Below are positions 24,117-39,227 of a stretch of 64,000 nt of DNA, in pieces. The stretch spans positions 181,412,001 through 181,476,000 of the forward strand of contig OZ024740.1 of NCBI GenBank assembly GCA_964016885.1, read 5' to 3'. The notes below the pieces were generated by a model, which did no database searches, was not told where the DNA came from, and saw only the letters and a program-made list of their open reading frames with translations. Each line of letters opens with the position of its first letter. Within the stretch, counting starts at the first letter, position 1. The DNA is from Eledone cirrhosa (Eukaryota). Both the position numbers and the translations under genes were made by a program.

Positions 24117-25281
24117 TACAGGAGCAAATCATGGAATAGCTTAGATAGGGCTAGACATAAGATAGGGAAGGCCACATCATGGTACGACAACCAGAGATAT
24201 CAGAGTGTCATGTTTGTGGACGCCACCCCTGGAGGGAAATTAGCTAACCAGTGTAGAAAGGCCCTGAGAAAGACCCACTTAAAAATAAAGGTGGTAGAAA
24301 AGCCAGGAACCACCATAAAATCCCTGATCAGCAAAACCTACCCTTTTAAGAAAACCCACTGTACCAATAGGAAATGTATCATATGTAAGGTGAACCCCCG
24401 GATAAACTGTAAAACTAGAAACGTAGTCTATAGCATAAGATGTACAGAGGGTATTTGCAGAAACATGACAACAACATACATAGGTGAGACAGCTCGTAGC
24501 ATAGGTGAAAGGATAGACCAACACTGGGGGGAACTAAAAGGACGAAAAAACGGGTCAGTACTATACGATCATGCTAGACAACAACATGACGGTAACATAG
24601 ACAACATAGAAATTAGAATAATATCTAAACATAGGAATGACCCAGCAGATAGGCAAATCAGAGAGGCCAGTGAAATAGAAATAGAAAAGCTAAACAGAAA
24701 GAATGAGTGGAACAACAACAACACCCAAACAAACAACACTGACCTAAGAGAAGTATAATTAAGTAAATAAAATAAAATAAAATAAGATAAATAAATACAT
24801 ACACAAGCACAATAACAACAAGCACATAAACACACACTAGTCACCCAGCAGACACAACACTATACACACTAGTCACACAGCACACAAAACACTATACACA
24901 CACGCAAACGCATGCGCAAAGAAGACAAAATAAAATAAGATAAACAAACAAGCAAATAAATAAATAAATATATAGACAGACTGAATAAAAAATGGCGTAG
25001 ACATACAACACAACAGGAGGAACAAAGAATATAACACCACTGACGATGTTGCAGATGTGCAACGAAAGATTTATGTAAATTATGTAAACTATATATATGT
25101 GTTTGTGTCTATATTGTATCTGTATTATTTTTGACCGTCGGTCAGTCAATGGCAACATTGAGGACCGAGTAAGTTAGATCGCAGATATAAAAGACAGTGA
25201 GAAGCGAAAACCAACCAAACAGTGAGTGTGTTCTGTTATTAATTCTGGCAATATTACGCAAATATGACCCTCCCCAAGTAT

Positions 25282-25290
<9 letters not shown>
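24117..25290 (+). mobile_element. Penelope-like element, 5'-truncated (GIY-YIG end + pseudo-LTR with hammerhead motif at 25036-25076)
   Basis: GIY-YIG ORF. CTGACGA T GTTGCA GATG TGCAAC GAAA. Second copy at 35560-36680. Confidence 0.85.
24210..24758 (+). CDS. Penelope-like C-terminal fragment: Cys-rich linker + GIY-YIG endonuclease
   Basis: C..KCIIC...C, NVVYSIRC, YIGETARSIGERIDQH, RQIREA. Confidence 0.85.
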   Translation: MFVDATPGGKLANQCRKALRKTHLKIKVVEKPGTTIKSLISKTYPFKKTHCTNRKCIICKVNPRINCKTRNVVYSIRCTEGICRNMTTTYIGETARSIGERIDQHWGELKGRKNGSVLYDHARQQHDGNIDNIEIRIISKHRNDPADRQIREASEIEIEKLNRKNEWNNNNTQTNNTDLREV

Positions 25291-25356
<66 letters not shown>

Positions 25357-25364
25357 TTTATATA

Positions 25365-25424
<60 letters not shown>

Positions 25425-25639
25425 CCAAGAGAGAGAAAGCCTCTGTCTAACATGGACGGTAGACTCTTTCATTGAAATAATACATCAACTAGGTAAATAC
25501 GTATGTCTGTATGTGTGTAGGTATGGATGTAATTGTGTGTGTGAATGTGCATGTTTTGAGTTATATGTATAAACGTGCTTATATTTCTCTGTCGATACAT
25601 GTGTAATGTAGTTATTATATACAGAATTTCTTAAATGTT

Positions 25640-26700
25640 TTACATACATTTACAGTTCCATTAATGTAGCGCAATTCCTACCCAGCTGTGCTCATTCTGG
25701 TTCTGTGAAGTCAAGATTTTCAGGCTTTGTACTGAGGCCGTTAGTAATGTATCCAAGAGCCCCAATGATCACAGTTATAAATCTACTGGTTTAGTCAGTG
25801 TAGCATTGTATTGACAACTGCTGGGCAGCTGACTTCCACTATTCTGCATGCCTTCTATTTTCTGTCCCATATTAATATGTCTGGGGACTTTGACAGGAAC
25901 ATCCGTCAGTATTATTTAATATTATGTATATTATTTTATATTATAGGGCGGTGGATAGGCAGTATCGGTAGAGGGTCGGACGCCATGCTTTGACGCATAG
26001 AGCTACGGCCTATTCCATTCTGAGTTCAAATCGCGCCGAGATTAAGTTTGCCTTTCATCCTTACGGGAGTCGATAAAATAAAGTACCAGTAATGCACTGG
26101 TATAATTGTGGTGCCAAAAGTAGAAATAATTATTTTATATTATCAATGTATTTCTTCTCCGCATTGCTGAACATTTCAAATATGTATTGTTGAAGCTACC
26201 GTGCCTACGGATTGCATTGTATAGAGTATTGGCCACTACATCATGTCAGATGTGTAGATTTTGCCGTACTGACAGCTTCGATAGCCCAGCTGCTTATTGT
26301 ATGGAGTAACAGAGTTTGCATGTATCGTCATATCTCGTGTTTTTTGCCTGCATCACTATCTCTTTTGTGAATCAGGTATGTTGTAGTTATTTCCTATTGC
26401 CAAAGCATATCCTTCAAAGTGAGAGACGATATAGGGACTTATTTATATTCCTCTCATTTTGAAGCTTCCTGTCACCATAAATATGCATGATATTTTGCTG
26501 ATAAGCCTGCCGTTTTTCACCCATTAAGTTTTGAGGTGCAATTTACTTGGGTGCACATTTTTCGGTATAATGTCGGCTTTAGTTCTCAAGGAGCCCCTCC
26601 CCAGGTCTCTTGGTGTTATCTGTCTCATGTAGATAGAATTGCTCATCGGAACGTAGATGTTGTTGGAGGGATATGATATGACACTCAAATGTTGTACGGA
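25640..26700 (-). mobile_element. Decayed RLE-type (R4/Dong-like) non-LTR retrotransposon 3' fragment, interrupted by a SINE
   Basis: Manual minus-strand translation gives SHFEGYALAI, CKLC, HDVVANTLYNAIR and FITVIIG, resembling the CCHC/RLE C-terminus. Confidence 0.55.
25945..26128 (+). mobile_element. SINE S1 with 15-bp TSD
   Basis: TSD ATTATTTTATATTAT at 25930-25944 and 26129-26143. Confidence 0.88.
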
Positions 26701-26993
26701 CTTATGTTAGGCCTCTCACTCTCACTTTATGTTTTAGATTGAGGCAGTCTGTTTCCTTGTGTGTTTGGTATGGGAGTGTATAGCTGAGTGTGTGTGAGTG
26801 CGTGTCTCTGTATATCTCTGATAGGAAAAACTGTACTTGCACATTCTCTTAACTGTGTCCATTCGCCGACGACTTAATATTCAACTGTTCAGTAGAGAAA
26901 TACCCTTAATGAATATAAATAAAACTTGTATGTATGTTTATATTTATGTTTGTATTTATGTATGTATATATATAATATCATATATATGTATGC

Positions 26994-27072
<79 letters not shown>

Positions 27073-28939
27073 TAATATATATTAGGGGTGACTGTATGAG
27101 AAGAGAAGGAGAGAATTTAGGAGAATATTTATGCATATTCTCTCACACCAAAACACACATATCGATATATATATATGCTTATGTCTTTATCTGCATGTGT
27201 TTGAAATAATGGTCTTGATTTGCTGCGAGGCATTGATGAAATCAATGACACTATTAAATAGACAACTGAATAATATATTATTGATAAAATGAGAGATTTT
27301 CAAAAGTGTAACTTCTGAATAAATGCAAAACCTCTCTCCTAATTCTCTGTTTGTGTATATTGATCGGTTCCTCCTCAAGGGTGGAAGATCTGCCTTTATT
27401 GTCTTGTCATTCCGAGATATTTCCCAGAATTACTGTAGCAACTGTAGCATCTCTCAAGACTACACGCAATATCTTCGCAACACTTCTCATAAAGCAGCCT
27501 TTAGGAATGTGTCATTATCTAACTATTCTATCTTCCACAGGTCGTTTTCAGCAAACAAATATTAAACACGTTCCTATGTTCTTCTCTATAATTTCGCAAG
27601 TAGATACATTGTACTTTATAAAGATTTCATACTTTTATTAAACACTTTCAGAATTCCTCAACCGAAGGCAAACGCAAGCCTAGTTGTTGAAATTAAACTG
27701 TTAATCATATTTTCAAAAGTTTATTGCTAATAATTATTAGTCTATGAACTTTATATTTTAAATGATATTATGATTGTTGTTGGTATATCATCGCTAGTCA
27801 GTGTTGATCGAAAATATATTTGATTAAACGCATTCTAACCAAAACCAAAGTGCTTTTCTTGTTCAGATATGATATATATAAAGTAAGAGAGGTCTACAAT
27901 ATACAGTTAATCATTCGTTCATTGAGCCAGTACGATTTTGCTGTGGGCGTTTCAATTGCGATTTGTGTATATCGTCAGTTGATTAATCAAAGATCCACTC
28001 TTTGGCTCAAATAGAGATGTCTAGTAATATGTGTCTTGTAACTGGGATTGGATAGGAATTAAAGCTTATACTCCACTACACTACACTTTCTGGGAGTACA
28101 GATGGCTTATGGAAAACGTAGCAAGTAGTCTTCTGTATTGAGTTCATATTCAATAATATGTGGCCAGGTCAAGTGGCCTTCAATAGCAATGTTCACTTAG
28201 TAGGCACATCTCCAAGGTCCTCTTTGGTCAGAACTGAATATGTAACTATGTAACTATATCTTAAAATTTTATTTCAGGATGAAGATTTGGGTGATCTATT
28301 TCCCTGGATGACATGTAGTTACTCATTCAGACGGTCTCGCTTGGCATCAGTGTCGTCTCAGGTAATCTCAGAAAGTACATCGTGGAGGAGATTCAACAGG
28401 ATATATTTCCAATCCTAATAATTCTGCCAACCAACCGTCTTCATCAGATACTTTATTTTCTTGACATCATAAGAATAAATGTTAAATCTGACCGTGGTTG
28501 AACTTGAATTTACAACATAAAGAACTGCATATATATAGCATAGCATTTTATTAAGCACACCTGTGGCTGTGCCAATCTTGCGAATTGATAGAATATTAAT
28601 AAAACTCTCTGAGGTAATCCGTAGAATGCTATGGAATTCCTAATTTATATCATGGCTCTATATAGAAGTTACGTTCCTCAACGTTCTAACACTTTGGGAA
28701 TCGGAGATTAGCACATGTTTCATTGATGACTGTGATTTAGAAATGCTAAATGATTACCATTCCTGTCACCTCATTACCAATAAATAAATTCATAGTAATT
28801 CAATATGTTCAAGCTAATCAAGAAGATGAATAGGTCTATTGAATATTACCAGTTGTTCATTGAATAAAATAGGAAATAAATCTTGCCATGTATAACATAC
28901 TGCTCTATCAAATATATTTTACTCTATAGGAATTATATG

Positions 28940-29001
<62 letters not shown>

Positions 29002-29043
29002 ATGATATTAAGTAAATGGAAATTATATTTATAAAACCATATT

Positions 29044-29107
29044 TATTCTATTATATATATTTCAAGGGTACCAAAAAAACTTTGGTATGCTTTCATCAGA
29101 TAAAATA
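29044..29107 (-). ncRNA. Minimal type I hammerhead ribozyme
   Basis: TATTTTAT CTGATGA stem II GAAA TATATA TA|ATAGAATA. Stem I has 8 bp including one G-U. Palindromic stem III. Confidence 0.75.
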
Positions 29108-31983
29108 CAAAGAGTGTTTTATAAATTTTGTCATAGCCAAGGAACTCATACCTTATCAGTAGAATTTTCTTGGGTAGTGAGGTTAAAGGACGGATATTTC
29201 AAACTTATGCAAATGAATATGTAAATAAGGTTGAGTTATATTATTGAAAAACCTTTATTTTAAACGCTATGGAAATTTTAGATATATAATAATAAGAGAG
29301 AAAGAAAGAAAGAAGAGAGAAACATATGAAGAAGGAAAAGGAAAAGGAAAAGGAAGACCACTTATAACGTTAATTTTGGGGAAATATATTCAAACATTTG
29401 TCTATATTATGTATACATTTCTATGGAGAATTATGTTTGTAAGTATTTATCTTATTATAATAATATATACATATCTATATATTTTAATAATAGCATATGT
29501 ATTTTTATTAACAGGATAATTTGTTTATAATATGAGTTACGAGGGAGTTGATTTTGTGTTTATAAATATATAAATAAAAGGTAGTTCAAGTTATAGGTGG
29601 TTGATCGTAATATGATTTACTACGGTTGTTGATTGTGCATTCTATGTAAATAAATAGGTAGTTAAAATTGATGATGGTTTAAATTAAATTAAATTAACGG
29701 AGATATGTATAAAAAGTTTGTTATGATTGAAAAAAAGGAAAGATAACTCCGATTTTTTTGTTCATCGTTAGTGTTGGATTATTTAGTCTAAAGAAATATG
29801 AATTTTTAAACATCGTCTTGAATAGGATACATTTTGCTAAAAACAGTTAATGGTTATTAATCTACATTTAAAAGAGGGTGTCATTGGAAAAATAAAGAAT
29901 TAAGAAATAAAAAAAATTAAAAATTAAAAAATTAAGAAATGTAAAATTAAAATTAAAATTAAAATTAAAATTAAAATTAGAATTATATAGAGGTACATAA
30001 ATATATATATAAACATATAAACATATATATTACAAGAAATTTTAGAGATATTAGGATTTAGAGATATTAATATATTAAAAGTATTAAACATATAAATTGT
30101 TAAAGCAGATAGGATGATTTTGGAGATTAATAGGAATATTATAAGTATATTATAAGTTACATATAGTTCTGAATGTAGAATTTTGGCGATGTCTGCAAGA
30201 ACTAAATATCTCTTTTCTGAGATTAATAGAGTTTTTACAATTAATTATATAAAAAAATGTCTTCAAAACACAATTTACAGAATCTTGATAAAGCCGTGGT
30301 TCAGTACGCAGGTGCTTTCGGAATCGTTTTCCAAACGTTTGAATAGTGTATATTCTTGCTTTTTAAGTTCATTATAAGATGTGAAAGGGAAGTAAAAGAT
30401 TTTTTATCTGATCTTTTAAAAGAGTGATTGTGGTTATTCCATTTTGTAGAAGTGGCACCGACATAGTTAAATATATTATCACTAGTTATAACTATGCATT
30501 TATAAAATATGTTTTTATCTAAACACTTATTTTGTAAAGGGCAGTTTGATTTGATTCTACAGTTACATTTTACGGAGTTGTTGTAGCTGGGAACGGTAGT
30601 ATTAGGTTGGATATTGCTAGAAATATTATTATTGTTATTATGGTTATTTTGGTTAGAATTTAAATTTAAGTTTCTATTATTAATTCTATTTATATGTTGT
30701 GCTATGTTCATAGTAGTAGAGTAGGATACTTTTATAGTATGCCTGTTAAAGATTGAGTGGTATCTGTGGGCTTTAGGAAAACATTTGTCTAGTGCTTTAA
30801 AGAATAGCTTTGCTAAAGGTGTTTTAACGCTTAATGAGAATGGGGGTCAGTACCAAATAATATTTCTAGTTCTAGTTCTTTGTTTGTTTTAGAGTTTAAG
30901 TTAAATTGTTTATTCTTATTATAATTAATAGTAGGGTGATTTGCCATGTTATTGTTGTCAATGTATTTAATGTATTCGAATACCCTGCTCTATTTAAAGC
31001 TTCATTATAATATTCAGCCTTATCATCAAAAATATTTTGTATTAGCAGAGATGCGTGAAATACGTTGCTGGACATTATTGATAATAGTGTTCTTAATAGA
31101 TCTAGGATGATTAGAGATAAAACTTACGTAATTTAGATTCTCATTAATTTTATGGAATGGATATTAGAGCCGTGTGCTAAGGTTTAATGTTGCGTCTAAA
31201 AAGTTTACGATTTTATAGTTATTCTCTATTTCTAACTTAAGGCTATAATTATTGAAAAATTGTATTATGGATTTTCTTTTCCTATTAATTTCACAATTAC
31301 TATGGTTTTTAATTAAAAGTAGCATATCATCACGATATAAACCACCGGTCATCTCTGGCATTTTTCTATGCAGTGTATTATTAATAAATAAGCCCACAAG
31401 ATCCGTTATTTGCACCAAGTCAGAAGATCCCATAGTGATATCAAACATATTGTTCTATCGGCTCTTGTCCAGAGAGGATTGTTGAATTCAATTAAAGTTT
31501 CCGTCCAGTTAGAATTATATGCATTTCATCACTAGATAAGTATGTATGTTTAGCTGCATAGATAAGAGCCCTAATAAGTAAAGTAGTAGTAATAGAAGAG
31601 TAGTAATTTACAATATCCATTTGAATGAATTTGTTGTTATGTTTAAATTCTATGTTGTTGACCCAATCTATAACTTCATTAGTACCGTTCCATAGTTTCA
31701 GGTGTGATTTTTCTTTAAGTTGCGGTATGATTCTATCTAATGTATGTTTACTAATTATGCCTAAGTCTGATTTAGATGGTGCTATAAATCTGACTGGTTG
31801 TTCTATTTCAAAGTTTCTTTTGTGGTATTTCAGGTTAATTTTCGATCTCCTAGGTATGAATTATTTCTGAAGCTTCTCTATTTAACGTTGAAAGATCTTC
31901 ATTAGTTGTTATTTTGTAGTTTTTTCTAACTCCTTTCAATATAAGGTTCCTTGGCTATGTCAAAATTTATAAAACAATATTTG

Positions 31984-32047
31984 TATTTTATCTGATGAAA
32001 GCGTACTAAAGTTGTTTTGGTACCCTTGAAATATATATAATCGAATA
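31984..32047 (+). ncRNA. Hammerhead ribozyme, inverted copy of 29044-29107
   Basis: CTGATGA 31992-31998 and GAAA 32028-32031. One mismatch in stem I. Confidence 0.65.
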
Positions 32048-32182
32048 AATATGGTTTTATAAATATAGTTTCCATTTATTTACTATCATTGAATATTTAC
32101 TCCAGAAAGCTCTCGAGTGCTCTGAAACAGTTATACACATTTATATTTGTTGTATTTCCAACAAATTAAATATCCCTTCTAT

Positions 32183-32226
<44 letters not shown>

Positions 32227-32317
32227 TGTGTGTGTGTATGTGTGTGTGTGTGCGTGCGTACGAATGTTTGTGTGTGCGTGCATACGAATGTGTCTGTGTG
32301 CGTGCATACGAATGTGT

Positions 32318-32360
<43 letters not shown>

Positions 32361-32636
32361 TGTGTTTGTGTGTGTGTGTAATTGGCGGTAGCATTATGAC
32401 AGAATTTAAACATAAATGAGGTGTAAATGCCACTACAAATTTGAGTGATTGTCACTGATAAAAGATTAACTTATTTTGAAAAAGTACTGTATGACATTTT
32501 CAAAACGTACTGGAAATTTTGTAATATATTCATAAAGGAAAATAAAACAAAATTTCTCTTTACGATAAACTTTTCTTCTTCAGCATGATCCTTATATGTT
32601 CATGGTATATAAAAGTATAATATATATTTTGTATTC

Positions 32637-32730
<94 letters not shown>

Positions 32731-32776
32731 ATATATATATGTATATATATATATGTATATGTATATGTGTACATAT

Positions 32777-33140
32777 ATATGTATATATATATATGTCAGG
32801 TCACCAGTTAGTGCTACTGGTAACATGTATCCCAGTACAACCTGTCTCATGGTCGGGTAGTTGGCGACTAAACTGGCAACCCCACCAAGGTTTCTTGGTG
32901 AGGAGGGTGACTTTGGACATCCTGCAGGACTAAAAACAAAACCTGTCAAAGGGCAAAGGAGCTCTTAAGAGTCAATGGCCATCCAAAATCACTGGGAGAG
33001 ATGAACCCTTAGCCTTTGTCAAGGCAGAATTCTAGGAGAAGGAAAACTCTGATATAACACCTGCAACCCTGATGGTATCCAATGATGTTGACTTGTTCTT
33101 CTTTTTGGTAAATATCATCTTGGTTAAGAGAGTGGGACTG
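32777..33140 (+). mobile_element. Interspersed repeat, probably the 5' part of an RTE-related non-autonomous element
   Basis: 32777-32988 matches 59057-59246 on the opposite strand and a fragment at ~34618-34640. The RTE assignment is tentative. Confidence 0.5.
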
Positions 33141-33604
33141 GCTTTGTGCAGTGCCTTTGCTCACTATAAAAGCTTCACGGCACAGGCATTGCTTTGTATC
33201 TGGAGATCTCTCTGCACTTGTCGTCACATGGTACCATGGACTTAGTACTATGTGTCAATAATTGTCACAGGTGTAGTGTTTGTACCAGAGTTTTCAAGTC
33301 GCTGGCTGGACTAAAGTTACATTCGTTCAGCGCATCGGTAGGAGTTCTCCTACATGGATATAAAGTAGTGGCCGTACTCGAAAACGAGTTGGCAGCCACC
33401 ATATATATATATGTATATATATATATATGTATATATATATATGAATTCGGACTCTACTACTCCAACCATCGACTACTCTGGTTAGTAATGGTCCAACTGT
33501 TTTTTCTCGCCTCCATAGTAAAATCTCTCAAACATTTCACTATATGTATGTATTAAAGCCTGTTAGTATACTACAGATATATAGATAGATTGATATATAT
33601 ATTC

Positions 33605-33636
<32 letters not shown>

Positions 33637-34139
33637 CTGTGTGTCTGTGTGTGTGTATGTGTGTGTGTGTGTGTATGTGTGTGTGTGTGTGTGTGCGTGT
33701 GCGTTTGCGTGTGTGTGTGTGTGATTATGTCAGCATGTGTGTATGATTTCATAATATTTAACATTAAAGAATGTTGACAGAAAGAAAGAGTCTGTATAAT
33801 TTCGACGAATTAACTCAACACAACATGCGAAATGGCGCTTTGTACCCCTATCCATGTATACAATAATCAATGATACTATCTATGACGCCTTCTGAATATG
33901 GCTAATGTTATGTAAATGTCCAATCATGATGTCCTACAGCCAGCCTCAGCGACAACATTACTTTGTATAGTGGCCTCTCACTCTGAAACAGATTCCCAAG
34001 TCCTCGTGGAACTCATCGACCGTTTGATGACTTTAGGAGAGTTGTTCATCATGCCATGGATATTAGATTAAAGCTTCCAGATATAACCCTAAAGTCTACC
34101 TCACAACAGGATTCGAATATGTCAGCACTCAACTGCACT

Positions 34140-34432
34140 GACTTGGAGAATTTTATTAAAAAAATACTGGTAAACACACGCACATACATATTTACATACA
34201 TATATATAAATATATATGTATATATATGTATATGTATATATATGTATATGTGTGTATGTGTGTGTATGTGTGTATACACACACACATATACATATATATA
34301 TATATACATATATATATACACATATATTAATATATATGTATGTATGTAGCTATGTATGTATGATGTATGTATGTAAATATATGTGTGTGCGTGTGTATAT
34401 ATACCAGTATTTTTTTTATAAAATTCTCCAAG
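34140..34432. repeat. ~65-bp inverted repeat around a TA/CA microsatellite
   Basis: ACTTGGAGAATTTTATTAAAAAAATACTGGT.. versus ..ACCAGTATTTTTTTTATAAAATTCTCCAAGT. Confidence 0.8.
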
Positions 34433-35283
34433 TAAGTACATACAGACAGACATTCACACATACATACATATATTGATGGATGCCCACTAATTATCGAGTA
34501 GGAACATTGCACTATATAATATTATTAATAATTATCAATCTCAGTGGTTTAACCGCGCATATATACACATACGTATATATACATGTACATATGTATATAA
34601 TACATATTTACATACTTTTGGATGGCCGTTGACTCATCAGTTCTTTTTTCGTTTGATACATATACATACATATATACACAAACGTATGCAAGCATAATTA
34701 TCACTTCTTTCTACAACTTCGTCAATGAGGACATTTTTCACGCAGAGATAATATATCCTGGAACACTGTCAGGATGGCTTGCTTGAAAACAAGTTCTTTA
34801 TATCTCTACTTCCTGCCTGCCATTCAAATATCGTGAACCAACAATATGTCTATTTATGTTTTCATTTTCCTTTACGTTTGCTCCTGTATTGATGAACCAC
34901 TATTATCAGAAACCTAGATTTACTTCCCTTATATGTTTTACAGAGTTGATTTTATAAACGTAATTCGCTTGTTTATCTTTATTTTTCTTTGTCTTTAGTA
35001 TCGTGTGATTCGTAAAATATAAATACCTGGCTAGAAATTAGAAAGGCAAATTATTATCAGAAAAAAATTAGACTATGATAAAATATGAGAAATTTGTCAG
35101 CATGGAATTATTATACAATAATATTATCTAACACTTTACTCTCAAATCAATAGGAGTATGATATATATACAATCTCATAGTAGTAAAATAAAAACATGAA
35201 TATATTACACTGGAATGTTGCGCTATAACACCAAGATGCCATTCATTATGTAGCCATTGCTTTAGAAGTCGATTGCTCTGTCT

Positions 35284-35356
<73 letters not shown>

Positions 35357-35359
<3 letters not shown>

Positions 35360-36680
35360 GGAGGGTCATATTGTTGTAATAATATTGCCAGAAATAATAA
35401 CAGAACAAACTCACTGTTTGGTTGGTTTTCGGTTCCGTATCTTTTACATCAGTTAATTTAATTTATTCGGTCCTTATTGTTTACCATTGACTGAACAATG
35501 GTAAAAAATACAGATATAATATAGACCCTCATAGAACAGGACATGAAATGAATTTGCCCATGATACAGGAGCAAATCATGGAATAGCTTAGATAGGACTA
35601 GACATAAGATAGGGAAAGCCACCTCATGGTACGACAACCAGAGATAGCAGGGTGTCATGTTCATGGACGCTACCCCTGGAGGGAAATTAGCTAACCAGTG
35701 TAGAAACGCCCTGAGAAAGACCCACTTAAAGATTAAGGTGGTAGAAACGCCAGAAACCACCATAAAATCCCTGATCAGCAAAACATACCCTTTTAAGAAA
35801 ACCCACTGTACTAATAGGAAATGTATTATATGTAAAGTAAACCCGCGGATAAACTGTAAAACTAGAAACGTAGTCTATAGCAGATGTACAGAGGGTACTT
35901 GCAGAAACATGACATAGGCGAGACAGCTCGTAGTATAGGTGAAGAGATAGATCAACACTGGGGGGAATTAAAAGGACGAAAAAACGGGTCTGTACTATAC
36001 AAACACGCCAGACAACACGACGGTAACATAGACAACATAGACATTAAAATAATATTTAAACATAGAAATGACCCAGCAGATAGGCAAATCAGCGAGGCCA
36101 GTGAAATAGAACTTAGAAAGCCAAGACTAAACCGAAAAAATGATTGGAATAACCGAAACAAACAATACTGACCTAAGAGAAATATAAATAAATAAATAAA
36201 TAAATACATACACAAGCACAATAACAACAAACACATATAAACACACACTAGTAAACTAAGATAGAATGCAGTAACCAAAACACAGTCACCCAAACACGAA
36301 CACACATCAAACACTATACACACACGAAAACGCATGCGCAGAGAAGACAAAATTAAATAAATAAATAAATAAATAAACAGATTAAATAAAGATGGCGTAG
36401 ACATACAATACAACAGGAGGAAACATAATAGCACCACTGACGATGTTGCAGATATGCAACGAAAGAACTTTGTTAGACTATATATATGTGTTTGTGTCTA
36501 TATTATATCTGTATTTTTGACAGTTGGTCAGACAATGGTAAACATTAAGGACTGAATAAATTAAATTAACTGATATAAATGATACAGAAACGAAAACCAA
36601 CCAAACAGTGAGTGTGTTCTGTTATTAATTCTGGCAATACTATTACACAAATATGACCCTCCCCAAGTATAACAATATTT
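35357..36680 (+). mobile_element. Penelope-like element, second copy of the 24117-25290 family, with inverted pseudo-LTR at its 5' end
   Basis: Frameshifted GIY-YIG (35657-36171). 35357-35525 is inverted at ~36495-36665. Hammerhead motif CTGACGA 36437-36443 and GAAA 36461-36464. Confidence 0.87.
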
Positions 36681-36799
36681 GTTTCGACACACGATTTCAT
36701 ATCAAAAACCTCGCAAAACTAATATATATATATATTCATATATATGTAACAGAATAACAGATATAAATATATAAATCTAAGAAAGTAGATTTGATATGT

Positions 36800-37765
36800 G
36801 GCCGATGCTCAAGTGCTATAAGTAGCAAGTGCCCACAGGATATTAGCTCCTTATATTGCCTAGATGGTTCTATAGAAATAATGGACATTTTCCGTTACCT
36901 GGGTGACAAAATCAGCAGTGGTGGAGGGTGCTTTTAAAGTACAGTAGCCAGAGTCAGAAAGGCATAGAAGAAGTACAGAGAGCTTATACCGCTTTTGGCC
37001 AGAAAAGGTTTCTTTCTAAAAATGAAAGGCAGATTGTATGATGCCTGTATACGAACAGCAATGCTACATGGCAGTGAGACATAAACATTGCGTGCAGATG
37101 ACCTGCGCAGACGGGAAAAGAACGAAGCATGCATGCTCCGTTCGATGTGTAATGGACATATACTTGAACGGCAAAGCGTAAATGAACTAAGTGAGAAATT
37201 AGGAATAAGAGATATCAGATGCTGTTTACTTGAGAGAAGACTACGTTGATATGGTCACGTGATGCGCAGGAAAAAGACAGATGTATAAAAAAGTGCAGGG
37301 CGATCAAAATTGATGGAAGTTACGGAGTAGGTAGACCCAGAAAATCCTGGGACGATTCGATAAATTACGACCTTACACACTTGCACCTCTCTAAGACAAT
37401 GTCAGTGGACCGAGACCTTTGGCGCTACGCAGTAATACAGAAAACGCACCTTGCCTAAGTACAAAGCAAAACCGACAATCAGTAGGCACCTCTTAACCAA
37501 ATATACACCCCAATCCACTTCTCCTACCCTATCCTCACACTCTCACCAACACCACACTCTCTCTGTAAACATACTGTGGCTGTGAAGGTAACACGGTAAA
37601 CAATTCCCAGTACCACACTGTAAATGTGGTTGGTTTTAGTAAGGGCATCTAGCCGTAGAAAACCTGCCAGATATTCCCGACCAACCTTGCCTCAAGTGAG
37701 ACAACTCCCGTCTAACCCATGCTAGCGTGGAAGATTGACGTTAAACGAAGATGATGTTGATGATG
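36800..37765 (+). mobile_element. RTE-clade LINE 3' fragment with (GAT)n-type tail
   Basis: Manual translation FRYLGDKISSGGG..ARVRKA..KGRLYDACIRTAMLHGSET, then GRPRKSW. Ends GACGTTAAACGAAGATGATGTTGATGATG. Confidence 0.82.
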
Positions 37766-37874
37766 AAATATATAAACATATATATGTATATATGCCAGGT
37801 GGTGCTATTAAGTTAGACATGGCCTGGGCCAATTCTGGCCGAAACCTATCAAAGTTATCAAAGTTAAATATATA

Positions 37875-37973
<99 letters not shown>

Positions 37974-39096
37974 TCACAGCGAATGGTCTTCAAAATGTTT
38001 TTAAATAAACATACAATATATTGCCAAATATACTATACATGCATTCATGTATACATCGCTATTTCAGAGCACCAATACAAATACCTAATTTTGGTTGGAC
38101 TGGCAATCGCTGAGTTTAATCAGCTCCTGATTATTACTGGAATTCTATAAGAGTCCATCTTCCACAATCCTCCGCAAAGGCAACTGTGTGTGTGTGGTCT
38201 TAATAAACGCTCACAAGCGAGGGACAGACTGTTTGGCGGCCGCTCTCTGTTGTTGTTGCGAGAAAAAGTAAGTGAGATAGTCACTACTTTAAAACACAGA
38301 GCGAATGATCTTCTAAATGTATATATATATATATAACGAAGGAGTGAAAAACAACACGGATAAGCTATACAGTATGGTTTATTGCAAGTATTAACATTTA
38401 TTTCATTGGTTAGATATGTCTACAAATCGCTATTTGCAGTCTTGATGTGACATTCGAATTTAGATACTGTTTACACCAGCCAGATTATCAATACACTGTT
38501 TCGGCACTGGCGATACATCGCATTTATACTAAGGCGTACAGACAATAACATGAACAATAACACGAAACATAAGATGAAAAAAGAGTGTGAAATGAGAAAT
38601 AATTAGATAAATAGAATGAAAATAAAAATAGAAAAATTTAAATAATAAAAAGGTAAAAAAAATTAAATAAAAATATGAATATAGCATTACAGACGTTAGG
38701 ATGAGAAAAATAATAGGAGGCGAAACAAAGGTATATCACCCATCAGACATATAAATTCTTGCATTTATGTCTTACAGAATGATGTTTTTGTAATCGTTTA
38801 ATTACTTTACACATGTTTCTTCAATACATTATAGTTAGGAAGAATGGAAACTGAATATAAGAGTGTAGATATGCAAAGATCCAGCCGAGGCTGTATCTCT
38901 TTCCTGTTTTCAAACTAACATAGAGGAAACCCCAAGCAAACTTAGGTAGAAGCAGAATTTTTTTTTTGATTTCTTTTTTCTTCATTAGTTTCACACTCTA
39001 ATTACACATAGGTGGATCTTTGCATATCTACACTATTATATTCAATTGGTGAGTATAATATATATATATATATAATATATACATATATATATATAT

Positions 39097-39201
<105 letters not shown>

Positions 39202-39227
39202 ATGTGTATATGGGGGGGGGGGTCTTT

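Larger units (their letters stand above)
29000..32091 (-). mobile_element. Penelope-like element, decayed, bounded by ~145-bp inverted pseudo-LTR copies
   Basis: RT remnant FDITMGSSD..DLVG..GGLYRDD..NFLDATLNL (31164-31448). CNC..CPL..KC..YVGAT (30301-30711). 29000-29146 is inverted at 31945-32091. Confidence 0.88.

Noticed and set aside
25945-26040. tRNA gene
   Set aside because: The A/B boxes belong to SINE heads. No cloverleaf, and TSDs are present.
32777-32900. HDV-like ribozyme at a putative RTE 5' end
   Set aside because: I could not build the nested double pseudoknot by eye. It needs a covariance search.
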